Of a DNA stretch of 64,000 nucleotides, positions 1 to 8,795 are shown piece by piece. The notes beneath the pieces are model-generated. The model made no database searches, was not told the origin of the DNA, and saw only the letters and a list, made by a program, of their open reading frames with translations. Positions within the stretch are counted from its first letter, which is position 1. Every line of letters begins with the position of its first letter. The stretch spans positions 18,112-82,111 of the forward strand of contig CAMCHJ010000009.1 in the NCBI GenBank assembly GCA_945874665.1, given 5' to 3'. This stretch comes from Chitinophaga pinensis. Its GTDB lineage: Bacteria; Bacteroidota; Bacteroidia; UBA7662. The position numbers and the translations under genes were made by a program.

Positions 1-2
1 GG

Positions 3-527
3 AATTTTATAGCCGACCACCTCAAAGGAGAAGACCGCAAGCGGCCCTATCCCGAATCAATAAAGCAAGGCATCCAATTGCACCGCAGCATCGATACCTA
101 CACCGATGCCCATCCCGTGGTAGCCGAGAGCAAAAACCGGGTAAGGGCCCAATTTGGTAAATATGCACCCGTGATAGTAGATGTTTTTTACGATCATTTT
201 TTAGCCGCCAACTGGCAGCAATACCACGAAAAGCCACTTCAGGAGTACGCCCAACAAACCTACACCTTACTTCAAAATAGGTTTGATGAACTTCCAGCTG
301 GGGCGCAATACATGTTGCCTTATATGCGGCAGCACGACTGGCTGAGCGGTTATGCGCACATAGCCGGCATTGAACGGGTGATGAGCGGCATGAGTCGCCG
401 TAGCAGATTTGAATCGCGCATGCACGAGGCCCCGGCCTTGTTAGAAAGCGCATATCCTGCTTTTGAAGCAGAATTTAATCGCTTTTTTCCAGATTTACAG
501 GCGCATGTGGCCCTATTTGAAGGTTAA
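3..527 (+). CDS. acpH: ACP phosphodiesterase (5' truncated by window edge)
   Basis: The frame is open from base 3: NFIADHLKG...GIQLHRSIDTYTDAHP, then YAPVIVDVFYDHFLAANW. These are AcpH/DUF479 motifs. Confidence 0.88.
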   Translation, partial: NFIADHLKGEDRKRPYPESIKQGIQLHRSIDTYTDAHPVVAESKNRVRAQFGKYAPVIVDVFYDHFLAANWQQYHEKPLQEYAQQTYTLLQNRFDELPAGAQYMLPYMRQHDWLSGYAHIAGIERVMSGMSRRSRFESRMHEAPALLESAYPAFEAEFNRFFPDLQAHVALFEG

Positions 528-712
528 CTGTCCTTTTTCGCACGCTTCTTCACTACATAATTGGCCGTATACATCCCCAAAAGTACTGGCAACATACCAA
601 AAAAGAAGGGGTAGCGGGCCAACCAACCTAAGGCAAAGACCACATCCAATGTATAGGCGACAGCCAAATACAACAAAATAAACAGCAAGCGAAAGCCGAT
701 TTGTATGCTCAT
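524..712 (-). CDS. Small hypothetical membrane protein (about 62 aa, 2 TM)
   Basis: Two hydrophobic segments and a basic C-terminus (KKRAKKDS). Its stop overlaps the acpH stop at GTTAAC. Confidence 0.45.
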   Translation of the reverse strand: MSIQIGFRLLFILLYLAVAYTLDVVFALGWLARYPFFFGMLPVLLGMYTANYVVKKRAKKDS

Positions 713-866
713 GCTCAAAAGTAATTGGATTTTTTGTCATCTGGGTAACGCCAAGCACTCAGTGGCCACGAAAATGGACGCCCCAACTAAAATCCTGCAT
801 ACCTGGTTGTCGAATAGGCGTTGCGCTTGTTTTGGATGAAGTGTAGAGCAGACGCCAGCAACAGGG

Positions 867-3800
867 CTATTTTATCAAGCGCACCACCCCACTTTGCATG
901 CGGCGGCCGAGGTTGGTGAAATCGGTATAAAAGATCACATAAGGATACGCTCCAGGTGGCAGTTCAGTTCCGTTATTGGTGCCATCCCATTCAAAATCCA
1001 CCCCTGAACCTGCGTACACTTTTTGCCCCCAGCGGTCGAAAACAGTGATTTCGAGCGTCGTGATGCCCACGGTGGCCACTTTAAAACGGTCGTTGGTAAG
1101 GTCGAAGTTCGGCGTAAAAGCCGTGGGCACGTAAATGCGCGGCAGCACCACTACGCAGATACTGCGGATGGCTAAGTCACTGCAGCCCGCGGGGTTTTCA
1201 ACAAAAAGCCGAAGTTCAAAACGGCCGGTGTCGGTGTACTGGTGCCTGGGGTATTGACCCAAAATATAAGGCTCGATGGTGCCGTCTCCGAAATCCCAAA
1301 AGCCTGTTTGCGCTCCTAAACTCAAATCAATGAGCGTTAGAAAGGCCTCAGAAAGGTCATAACAGCTGTTTCGGTTTGGATTAGGTGTAAAATTCGCTGA
1401 AATCGGATCGTGTGCAATGATGGTCGCTGTGTCGATGCGGGTGCAGCCGGTTGTGGTATCGGTAAGGAGCACACGGTAACTGCCTTGCCGGGCTTGAAAT
1501 ATAGGTCCGTTTACCGGCGGATTGGTAAGCCACAGCACACGGTATGGCGCTGTTGCAGCGAAGTTGATGCGCATGGTACCCAGACTGTCGTAGCAATTGA
1601 TGTTGATTTGATTGCGCTGATACACAAAATCAGGATGCACAAACACCTGAATGGAATCGGTTATAGGATCTGAGCAGCCATCCGTGGCCGTTACTACATA
1701 CCAAGTAGGTACCGTTGGCAAAAGCGTAAGTAAGGTATCCGTGCTACCAATGGGTTGCCAGCTGAGGCTTGCGCCGGGACGGCCACCGCTGAGCTGGGCG
1801 CGTAAACGAATGCTATCGCCAAAGCACAGGGTATCGGCAGAGGCAAAAAGTTGCAAGCGTAGACTGTCGCCCACGGTGATGCGCAGACTGTCGGTGCGCT
1901 GACAATTGCCGGTGCCCGCGGTGTAGTACAGCCAGTGCGTACCTACCCCGGCCTGGCGGGGATTAAAATTGAGGGCAGTGATGCCGGGGCCTGTGAGCGT
2001 GCCCCCTGCTGGCGTTACAGGCACGGGGTAATTGGTGTTCACGAAGCAAAAACTGGTATCAAACCCACCAAAACCAATTACTGGAATTGCCTGAACGGTA
2101 ATGAGTATAGAATCGATGCAACCGCCTGACAATATTTGGTAGATACGGTGGTTGCCGATACCAGCATTGAGGGGACTGAAGGTGCCTAGCAGTGCACTTG
2201 TAATGCCAGGGCCGCTCCAAACGCCACCCGCGTAGCTGGTTTGGATGGCGAAAGGTGAGGTAGATAAGCACACCACCGTATCGGATTGGAGCTGCGGAAC
2301 AGGTTGTACTTCCATCCAAAGGCTGTCGGCGCAGTTGTTGGCGGTGTAAAAAAGGCGGTGCCAGCCCACGCCTGCAGTGGCAGCATTAAAACTGCCTTGT
2401 CCTGCTGGGTTCACCCCCGGCCCGCTCCAAGTGCCTCCTCCTGGGCCACGACCGGTATTCGCAAAATTTAGCGGCCAAATCGCGCTAGTGACACAGCGGC
2501 GCAGGGTGTCGGCGGGCACATTGGTGCGTCTTAAATTTATTTGCAGCGTATCGATGCAGCCATCGCGGTGGTAAAGCAGCCTGACTTGGCTATTTCCGGT
2601 ACCATTGATACCCGGATTAAAGGTACCGAGCAGACTGTCGGTGATACCAGGGCCGGTCCAATACCCCCCTGCGGGCGTACCTGCTGGGAGATTAAATGGC
2701 GGGTTGAGCGGACAAGTAATAAAATCGGGGCCGGCTTGAATGGTCTTAATATGCAAGTTAAGTGTATCCATACAACCATTGAGGCTGTAAATAAGCTGGT
2801 GATTACCGGACAGGGTAAGTCGTGGGTCAAGGATGCCAGTGAGCGGATTTACCAGCGCCACGCCAGACCAAGTACCACCGAGTGGACTAAACACCAATTG
2901 ATACGGCGGCGAGCTTTGACAGATGGTGTCGATTTTGTTCATGGTGATGGTATCGATGAACACCAATTTTTGGGCGGAGCAGCCGGCAAAGTGATATAAA
3001 ATGGTATCTACACGCGCTGTGAGCGGCGGCGCGTAGTTACCGGCGGAGTCGGTATTTGGGCCCGTCCAGTAGCCTCCAGGCGGACTTGCCCCGCCGAGCG
3101 TAAAGGGCGGGCCTCCTGGACAACTGCCTGCCGTTGGTCCTGCTGTTACGGTTGCGATGTTGATCGTGAGCGAGTCAGCGCAGCCGTTTACGGTGTAAAA
3201 AATGCGGACTTGGTTTTGGTTGGCAAGGGCTGGGTTGAAGGTACCCGCCGCCGCCGCAGTGATGCCAGGGCCAAAAAACACCCCTCCTGCTGGCGACACC
3301 CGACCTGCCAGGTTAAAAGGTGGGGAGGACAAACAAACCAAGGTATCAGCCCCTGCTTCAGGCGGATTGGTAACCAAAATAGGAATGCTCAAGGTATCTG
3401 GACCGTTGCCTGCACCATCGTTGATAATGACTGTGTAGGTGGTGGTACCGGGGGGCGGACAAACCAAGTGCGGCCCAGCGGTGGGCGGCAGTCCGTTGCT
3501 CCAGCTGTAACTGTAATTGCAATCGCCCCCAATACCCGCTGCGGTGAGCAGCACACATTCGCCGATGCAAATCGAATCATCGCTCGCGGTGAGGCTGCCT
3601 GATAACGGACAGTTATTGATCGCAAAGTTGCTAGTGATTAAAAAAGTGTAAAGGCTGTCGCAGATGTCGCGCAGGTTCAGGTTCCAATTGAGGCCATAGG
3701 ATGCGCAGTCTGAAAATGCCGTATTCACCGTTAAGCGCAGGGTATTAGTGCGATTGTTTACGCAGTTTAAGGCCTGCGCCCCTACAATGGTACGGGCAGG

Positions 3801-4361
3801 CGCTCCGCTGAGCACAAAGGCTGAAGCGTACACCGAATCACAGTGCACGCTGCTGTCGAGTACCACATTGATGGTATTGGTGAGGCAGCTGGCAGTAATT
3901 TGGGTGATGGTGGGTGGTATGGGCGGCGGCACAATGCTGTACCAATAGGCATTCCAGCCCGTACAAGTAACACTTAAATCGCTCTTAAAATGAATGGTCA
4001 TGGCCCCGCTCGTAGCTACAAGCGGTGGAAAAACTACATTCGGTCCCGAAAAACTACCTAAAAGCACCCCGTTGGTATCGGGCCCATCGAATATACGCAG
4101 CCTATCCCCAAATCCCCCCGCAAAAATCTCCGTACAAAAGCTCTGAAAGGTCATGATAATTTGCGTGGCCTGCGGAATGAGGATCACGAAAGTAAAATTT
4201 TCGTTGTTGTTGTAATTGCCTGGCGCAATTGGATTTCCGCCTGAATCCTCAAAAAAAGCGCGACAATCAGTCACCGTTTGGTTACCCATGATGTAGGTAG
4301 GCTGCGCCTCACCCAATATGGCATTGAGCAGCAAAAGGAAAACCAAACCTAATTTGCGCAT
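867..4361 (-). CDS. T9SS type B (gliding-motility C-terminal domain) surface protein with CUB-like, repeat and PKD domains
   Basis: Signal peptide; CUB-like N-terminus (DSGG...GDRLRIFDG...MTIHFKSD); seven GGxWxGPG repeats; PKD motif WDFGDG; C-terminal YVPTAFTPNFDLTND...VFDRWG...WDG...G.V.LIK. Confidence 0.9.
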   Translation of the reverse strand: MRKLGLVFLLLLNAILGEAQPTYIMGNQTVTDCRAFFEDSGGNPIAPGNYNNNENFTFVILIPQATQIIMTFQSFCTEIFAGGFGDRLRIFDGPDTNGVLLGSFSGPNVVFPPLVATSGAMTIHFKSDLSVTCTGWNAYWYSIVPPPIPPTITQITASCLTNTINVVLDSSVHCDSVYASAFVLSGAPARTIVGAQALNCVNNRTNTLRLTVNTAFSDCASYGLNWNLNLRDICDSLYTFLITSNFAINNCPLSGSLTASDDSICIGECVLLTAAGIGGDCNYSYSWSNGLPPTAGPHLVCPPPGTTTYTVIINDGAGNGPDTLSIPILVTNPPEAGADTLVCLSSPPFNLAGRVSPAGGVFFGPGITAAAAGTFNPALANQNQVRIFYTVNGCADSLTINIATVTAGPTAGSCPGGPPFTLGGASPPGGYWTGPNTDSAGNYAPPLTARVDTILYHFAGCSAQKLVFIDTITMNKIDTICQSSPPYQLVFSPLGGTWSGVALVNPLTGILDPRLTLSGNHQLIYSLNGCMDTLNLHIKTIQAGPDFITCPLNPPFNLPAGTPAGGYWTGPGITDSLLGTFNPGINGTGNSQVRLLYHRDGCIDTLQINLRRTNVPADTLRRCVTSAIWPLNFANTGRGPGGGTWSGPGVNPAGQGSFNAATAGVGWHRLFYTANNCADSLWMEVQPVPQLQSDTVVCLSTSPFAIQTSYAGGVWSGPGITSALLGTFSPLNAGIGNHRIYQILSGGCIDSILITVQAIPVIGFGGFDTSFCFVNTNYPVPVTPAGGTLTGPGITALNFNPRQAGVGTHWLYYTAGTGNCQRTDSLRITVGDSLRLQLFASADTLCFGDSIRLRAQLSGGRPGASLSWQPIGSTDTLLTLLPTVPTWYVVTATDGCSDPITDSIQVFVHPDFVYQRNQININCYDSLGTMRINFAATAPYRVLWLTNPPVNGPIFQARQGSYRVLLTDTTTGCTRIDTATIIAHDPISANFTPNPNRNSCYDLSEAFLTLIDLSLGAQTGFWDFGDGTIEPYILGQYPRHQYTDTGRFELRLFVENPAGCSDLAIRSICVVVLPRIYVPTAFTPNFDLTNDRFKVATVGITTLEITVFDRWGQKVYAGSGVDFEWDGTNNGTELPPGAYPYVIFYTDFTNLGRRMQSGVVRLIK

Positions 4362-4813
4362 TAATTTCGGTTTATGAGGATGGTGGGCGTATTGACCTGG
4401 TTACTCCATTTCCCGGACCGATCACGCAGGCGTATGCTGTAGATTGTCTCCTCAAAACTGCCGTTGCCAAAAATAAAGGTGCCGTTTAACGTAAAGTTAA
4501 GCAGGCCTTGGATGGGCACATTGCTGCCAACCGGACTCAAAGGCGGGATAAAATAATAGTCTGGTGCCGTTAAACGGTCGTCACGCACTTCTAATAGCAA
4601 ACTATCAGGGTGCACACTGCCCATGTCCCCGTCACCATCCTCATAACGCAATACCACCGATACCCTACCGTCGAACTCTCGGATGCTCGTTGGCGTAACC
4701 GATTCGATGCGAATCAAAGGTGCTGCATCGAGCTTAACAACCGGGTCTGGCCTGCAGCTTACACCCAATAGCAGTAACAAAAAGAGCTTAGCGGACCTCA
4801 AAAGACAAGGCAT
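4361..4813 (-). CDS. Hypothetical lipoprotein (probable beta-sandwich)
   Basis: Lipobox LLGVS-C after the ATG at 4813. Contains YEDGDGDMG (possible Ca-binding loop). Its stop abuts the ATG of the T9SS-B gene. Confidence 0.75.
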   Translation of the reverse strand: MPCLLRSAKLFLLLLLGVSCRPDPVVKLDAAPLIRIESVTPTSIREFDGRVSVVLRYEDGDGDMGSVHPDSLLLEVRDDRLTAPDYYFIPPLSPVGSNVPIQGLLNFTLNGTFIFGNGSFEETIYSIRLRDRSGKWSNQVNTPTILINRN

Positions 4814-5600
4814 TTTGTAAACTTTCGATAGCAGGCGCAGCTGTTCCGGGTACTCCCACCGCATAGACACCGGCCTCCAGTCCTTCCAAAGTTAAAACAT
4901 GAGTAAAGCCGCTGGCCTCCCCAAAAACATTTTTTCCACGCATGGGTTGCGGTAGCGGCCTAATTGACCGGCGAACTGCCCTGTGACTTTGTCGATGGGT
5001 TAACAGCACCTCTTCAGGCGCTTCGGTTGCCCCAAAACTTAGGGCATACCCGTTATTAATGAGCATCATTCCTTGTAAACGGGGATTCGCAGGGCCGTTT
5101 ACTGGCGGATTGCCGAACATATCGAGGGCACCTCCGTTGATCCAAGCTACGATAGCTGCAATGTACTCAGTCTTTTTGGCTGGCCAGTCGCTTTGCGGGT
5201 CAACCGACAGCGGCATGATGCCCGAAATGCCATCAATGTCTACGACCACCCGCTCGTGAAGCACCGAGTTAATGGCGTTTCCTGGCAAAACCCGGTATAA
5301 AAAGTTGCCCGCGGGATTGTTTTTAATTACTGGCTGGTACACCATTGTGTTATAAGCACTCTCGATGGTGCGAAAATCTGGCTCAAACGTGCCATCGTGA
5401 CACCCACTGTTAGAGCAAGTAGGCTTAAAAATCTGACGGTGCAAGCCAGCAAAATTTGCCAAACTTAAGGGATCAGTCGGCCCCGTATTTACTGGCGGGT
5501 TGTTTTTTGGGTCATCAAAGGGGTTTTCAGGGCGATTGTTCTTTTTACAAGCCCCTAAAGCCACCATCCCCAACAAGGTAATGATCAAAAAATGCCTCAT
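4788..5600 (-). CDS. Lipoprotein with cytochrome c-like (Planctomycete cytochrome C-like) domain
   Basis: Lipobox ALGA-C; IFKPTCSNSGCHDG (CX4CH); later IMPL...IAAIVAWINGGA, resembling the PSCyt1 MP...I..WI..GA pattern. Confidence 0.65.
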   Translation of the reverse strand: MRHFLIITLLGMVALGACKKNNRPENPFDDPKNNPPVNTGPTDPLSLANFAGLHRQIFKPTCSNSGCHDGTFEPDFRTIESAYNTMVYQPVIKNNPAGNFLYRVLPGNAINSVLHERVVVDIDGISGIMPLSVDPQSDWPAKKTEYIAAIVAWINGGALDMFGNPPVNGPANPRLQGMMLINNGYALSFGATEAPEEVLLTHRQSHRAVRRSIRPLPQPMRGKNVFGEASGFTHVLTLEGLEAGVYAVGVPGTAAPAIESLQNALSFEVR

Positions 5601-6943
5601 ATCCTATCAAATAAAGATTGAACACTACTTGCCAAAAGCCCACTTGAGGCCACTTCGTTTTTACAGCCCAACACTTCGGCAATGGTCAGCACGTGGTCCA
5701 TGGCCAATCCTACCGGATTGGTTGGCGTGCCTACGCTCAAATTGCTTGGCACATTTGGTCCCGCCATCAAGCTAAAAGTCCGCAGCGAATTTTGATCACT
5801 ATGATCGTAAGCGTACCAGTCGTTTTCATCCTGAATGGGGTTCGGGTTGAGGTTACGGCCGTGCTCTGGCGAAACCATGATGATCGTATTGCCCGCCATT
5901 TCAGGAATTTGAGTTTGGATGTAATTCCACAAATAGCCCACCGCGTGGTCGGCCCTGTGCAAGGCCCGCAAATACCCAGTAAAATTACTGTGGCAGCCAT
6001 CTACCGCGTCCATATTTACCACAGTAAGCGCTGGTTTAAAAGTTTTCATCACCTCGCAAGCATAGCCCACGTTGCGCAAATCGCCATTATCAGCCACAGG
6101 CGGCATGCTTACTTGGCCCAGCAATTGCTTCTGGTACATTTGCCGAATGAACTCGCGGATAGCCAGTTTTTCCTCCTCCGTATTGCCAATTTCAGGCAAA
6201 GCGATACCCCCATTGCTGTTGTAGGTGTTATTTAAGAAGTATTTCATTTGCAACATTGGCGCCAGTTCTTCTTCGGGATGGTAGATTTTGGCGTTGCTCA
6301 AATGGGTATAACCTGCCTGTGAGAAGGTAACGTTGGGAGCCAAAAAGTTGGCGCCGTATTGCATGCCATAATTGGGGTGTTCGCTGTGGTTGAGCAGCGG
6401 AATGCTGTTGCCGATGCGGTTGCCAATGAACCAAACTTTGCTGGCGGGGGTATTGAGATGGCGGCGTAGGTACTCAAAAATGGTGGGGAAAACGGGCTTT
6501 TGGCGTAGCCCCTGCGTTACTCCAGTATTGCCGGTGAGCAGGGTGTTGAGTCCCGAAAAATGCCCCGCTGTAGTGGTCCGCAACTCGGGAAAAAGTGTGC
6601 CCTGCGTCTGCAATGTGGTTTGCAGAATGGCAGGGATGGGTGCGCTGCCCCGCGGCTCGCCCGTAGGATCTGTGCCATATACCCGCTTGGTGATGGGTTG
6701 CGCTCCGTTGAGCATGTTTACCATCAAATTGCCTGCTACTGGAAACTGCTGCGAATCGCTGAGGTAGCGCTGCAATACTGACTCCTGCTGACGTACGCCA
6801 CCTGCAAACATGACATATACTACGTGCTGTGCCAACTGCATGCCCGTGGCAGCAAACAACCTGCCGCTTGGCAAGATGTAGGGTACTACTACCGCTCCTG
6901 CCGTGGCAACGCTAAGCTTTTTCAGAAATGTACGTCTCTTCAT
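5597..6943 (-). CDS. Tat-exported DUF1501-like / alkaline-phosphatase-superfamily protein
   Basis: Tat signal MKRRTFLKK; HVVYVMFAGG; C-terminal TIIMVSPEHGRN...DH...LMAGPNV...D...TIAEVLG. Confidence 0.7.
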   Translation of the reverse strand: MKRRTFLKKLSVATAGAVVVPYILPSGRLFAATGMQLAQHVVYVMFAGGVRQQESVLQRYLSDSQQFPVAGNLMVNMLNGAQPITKRVYGTDPTGEPRGSAPIPAILQTTLQTQGTLFPELRTTTAGHFSGLNTLLTGNTGVTQGLRQKPVFPTIFEYLRRHLNTPASKVWFIGNRIGNSIPLLNHSEHPNYGMQYGANFLAPNVTFSQAGYTHLSNAKIYHPEEELAPMLQMKYFLNNTYNSNGGIALPEIGNTEEEKLAIREFIRQMYQKQLLGQVSMPPVADNGDLRNVGYACEVMKTFKPALTVVNMDAVDGCHSNFTGYLRALHRADHAVGYLWNYIQTQIPEMAGNTIIMVSPEHGRNLNPNPIQDENDWYAYDHSDQNSLRTFSLMAGPNVPSNLSVGTPTNPVGLAMDHVLTIAEVLGCKNEVASSGLLASSVQSLFDRI

Positions 6944-6954
6944 ATTTCCCTTAA

Positions 6955-7153
6955 TTCAAAATTCAAAAGTTCAAAATTCAAAGAAGGTTTAAGCCTTTAA
7001 ATTTCGAATAAAACGCTATTTCACTTTGCAATCCCTAACTCATTTAATAATGTGCTTAGCCTCCTGCCTTGTTTCGAATTGAAGTTCATTTCCAACAGCT
7101 GCCATTTAACATCGCTTCTCTTAAACTTTCAACTTTGAATATTGAATTTTGAA
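6955..7153. repeat. Two heptamer arrays in inverted orientation (TTCAAAA x4 / YTTTGAA-like x4) flanking a 142-bp spacer
   Basis: 6955-6983 ttcaaaa ttcaaaa g ttcaaaa ttcaaag; 7126-7153 ctttcaa ctttgaa tattgaa ttttgaa. Confidence 0.8.
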
Positions 7154-7154
7154 C

Positions 7155-7658
7155 CTAATAATACTGGTATTCATCACACAAAGCAAAACTCAAATACACA
7201 ATCTCCGGCGTAACAAAGGTGTTAGTGGTGATGAAATTCCGGAACCACGCCTTCTCAGCCTCGGTTGGCAGTCGTATTAAAAATCGCCGGTAGGTGTCGA
7301 TAATGAATGCATCCAAATCCGATCGCATATCCGTCATGCTCGGCAGCACCACATCCGGCCGATTTATAAAATTGCTCACCACCATCTCAAAACCTACTTG
7401 TTTGTCGCCGATCGACTCAATTAAATTGCTGATTTCGACCTGTTGATTGGCCGATAAAGCCTTTTGAAACAAATTGGCATGCAAAATGGCAATGTACTGC
7501 TCGGTGGTTTTGAGCTTGTTTTTACCGTAGTTCACCCCTTGCACATCAACGGGATTGACATCGTAAATGAGGTATTCGTCGCGCCGGCAGCCCGTGCCCA
7601 GCAGCAAAAGCAGCAACAGTGGCGCCAGCAGCTGTTTAACGGAAGTTGGCATATTCAT
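7155..7658 (-). CDS. Hypothetical lipoprotein with DUF4214/DUF1549-like helical repeat
   Basis: Lipobox LGTG-C; FIIDTYRRFLIRLPTEAEK...SFALCDEYQYY. Confidence 0.75.
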   Translation of the reverse strand: MNMPTSVKQLLAPLLLLLLLGTGCRRDEYLIYDVNPVDVQGVNYGKNKLKTTEQYIAILHANLFQKALSANQQVEISNLIESIGDKQVGFEMVVSNFINRPDVVLPSMTDMRSDLDAFIIDTYRRFLIRLPTEAEKAWFRNFITTNTFVTPEIVYLSFALCDEYQYY

Positions 7659-8556
7659 CGGTCATTAAAATTTTACGTTGCACGCTGTGAAAGTCGCCCG
7701 AGCTTTTGAGCTCCTGCATGGCTAAATACAGCTCTGTGGTGTTGGGGTCGCGTGCCAGCAGCGTTTTATAGGCCCAAATGATCAGTCCTTGCCAAAACTC
7801 GTTCTGCGACACAATGATGTTGATGTAATCGTTTTTGCTCGTGCCGCTGCGACCAAACAAACTGGCTGGCTCTTCGGCATCTACCATCACATAAGCTCGC
7901 TCAAACTCGCTTTGAGTAGGAAAACGGAAGTACAAATTGTCGAAAGTAGCATTGATAAAGTTGAACGAATTCATGTTGATGAAGTCGTAAACCGGATTGT
8001 TTACCAGGTACGCACACATGCTATCGAGGTTGTAAGTACCTGCCCGGTAGTGCCATTGGCTATCGATTACCCGCTGGAACTTGGCAATTTCTGCCATATT
8101 TCTGTTGTATCCTGCAGTATCGCCGTTCAGCGAATCTAAAACAGCATTGAAGCGAATGATGCCTATTTCTCCTTGTAAATAGCCATCACTGGCGCCTTCA
8201 ATGAGGCGCACTTTCATTTGCTCATACAAGCGTTTGAAATAAATGCTTTGGTAAGAAGAATCTCCAGCGGCAGGAATGGTATCAAACTGCAATTGACTGA
8301 TGAGCGCTTGCCGACTGTCGATACTCAATTTATTGCTGCGCAGGTAATCAACATAAATCACCATCTCCGAATCAATAGGCTCGCGGCCTTGCAAATCGAT
8401 AAACAAGCGGTTTACGTAATTTTCGACCAAAACAGTAGGAATGCCATCGTACCAAGGCGCCACATTATCGGGCACCACCACTTGCGTAGTTTTTCGGCAA
8501 CCCCACAAAGTCAGCAAAGCTACTAAGCTCAAAATCAAACTAAAGCGTCTGTTCAT
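7636..8556 (-). CDS. Hypothetical lipoprotein with three DUF4214/DUF1549-like helical repeats
   Basis: Lipobox LWG-C; YVNRLFIDLQGREPIDSE, FINATFDNLYFRFPTQSE, LIIWAYKTLLARDPNTTE. Confidence 0.75.
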   Translation of the reverse strand: MNRRFSLILSLVALLTLWGCRKTTQVVVPDNVAPWYDGIPTVLVENYVNRLFIDLQGREPIDSEMVIYVDYLRSNKLSIDSRQALISQLQFDTIPAAGDSSYQSIYFKRLYEQMKVRLIEGASDGYLQGEIGIIRFNAVLDSLNGDTAGYNRNMAEIAKFQRVIDSQWHYRAGTYNLDSMCAYLVNNPVYDFINMNSFNFINATFDNLYFRFPTQSEFERAYVMVDAEEPASLFGRSGTSKNDYINIIVSQNEFWQGLIIWAYKTLLARDPNTTELYLAMQELKSSGDFHSVQRKILMTDEYANFR

Positions 8557-8795
8557 GTTATAAGTTACACAGGCTTAAAGTTGTGAAATTATGATGGATG
8601 TAACAACAACTTGGTATGAATTTACAGCGTTAAGACGCTGTATGCGGTGTTTTTTTCGACCTCAGGCACTTCAATGCTGCTTCTAACTAGGGTAGCAAGA
8701 CTATCAATAGTGCTTTAAACCAGCCAAAAAGCACATATACAGAATAATTTTTATCTTTAAGGCATCAGGAACATTACCTCAACTCCTTTTAAAAG

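Noticed and set aside
4788-5000. Frameshift in the C-terminus of the cytochrome-like lipoprotein
   Set aside because: The tail looks compositionally odd and overlaps the next gene, but alternative frames close quickly or give no clearly better sequence. Homologues are needed to decide.
6955-7153. Heptamer arrays as a CRISPR array
   Set aside because: The units are 7 bp with no unique spacers, and no cas genes are present.
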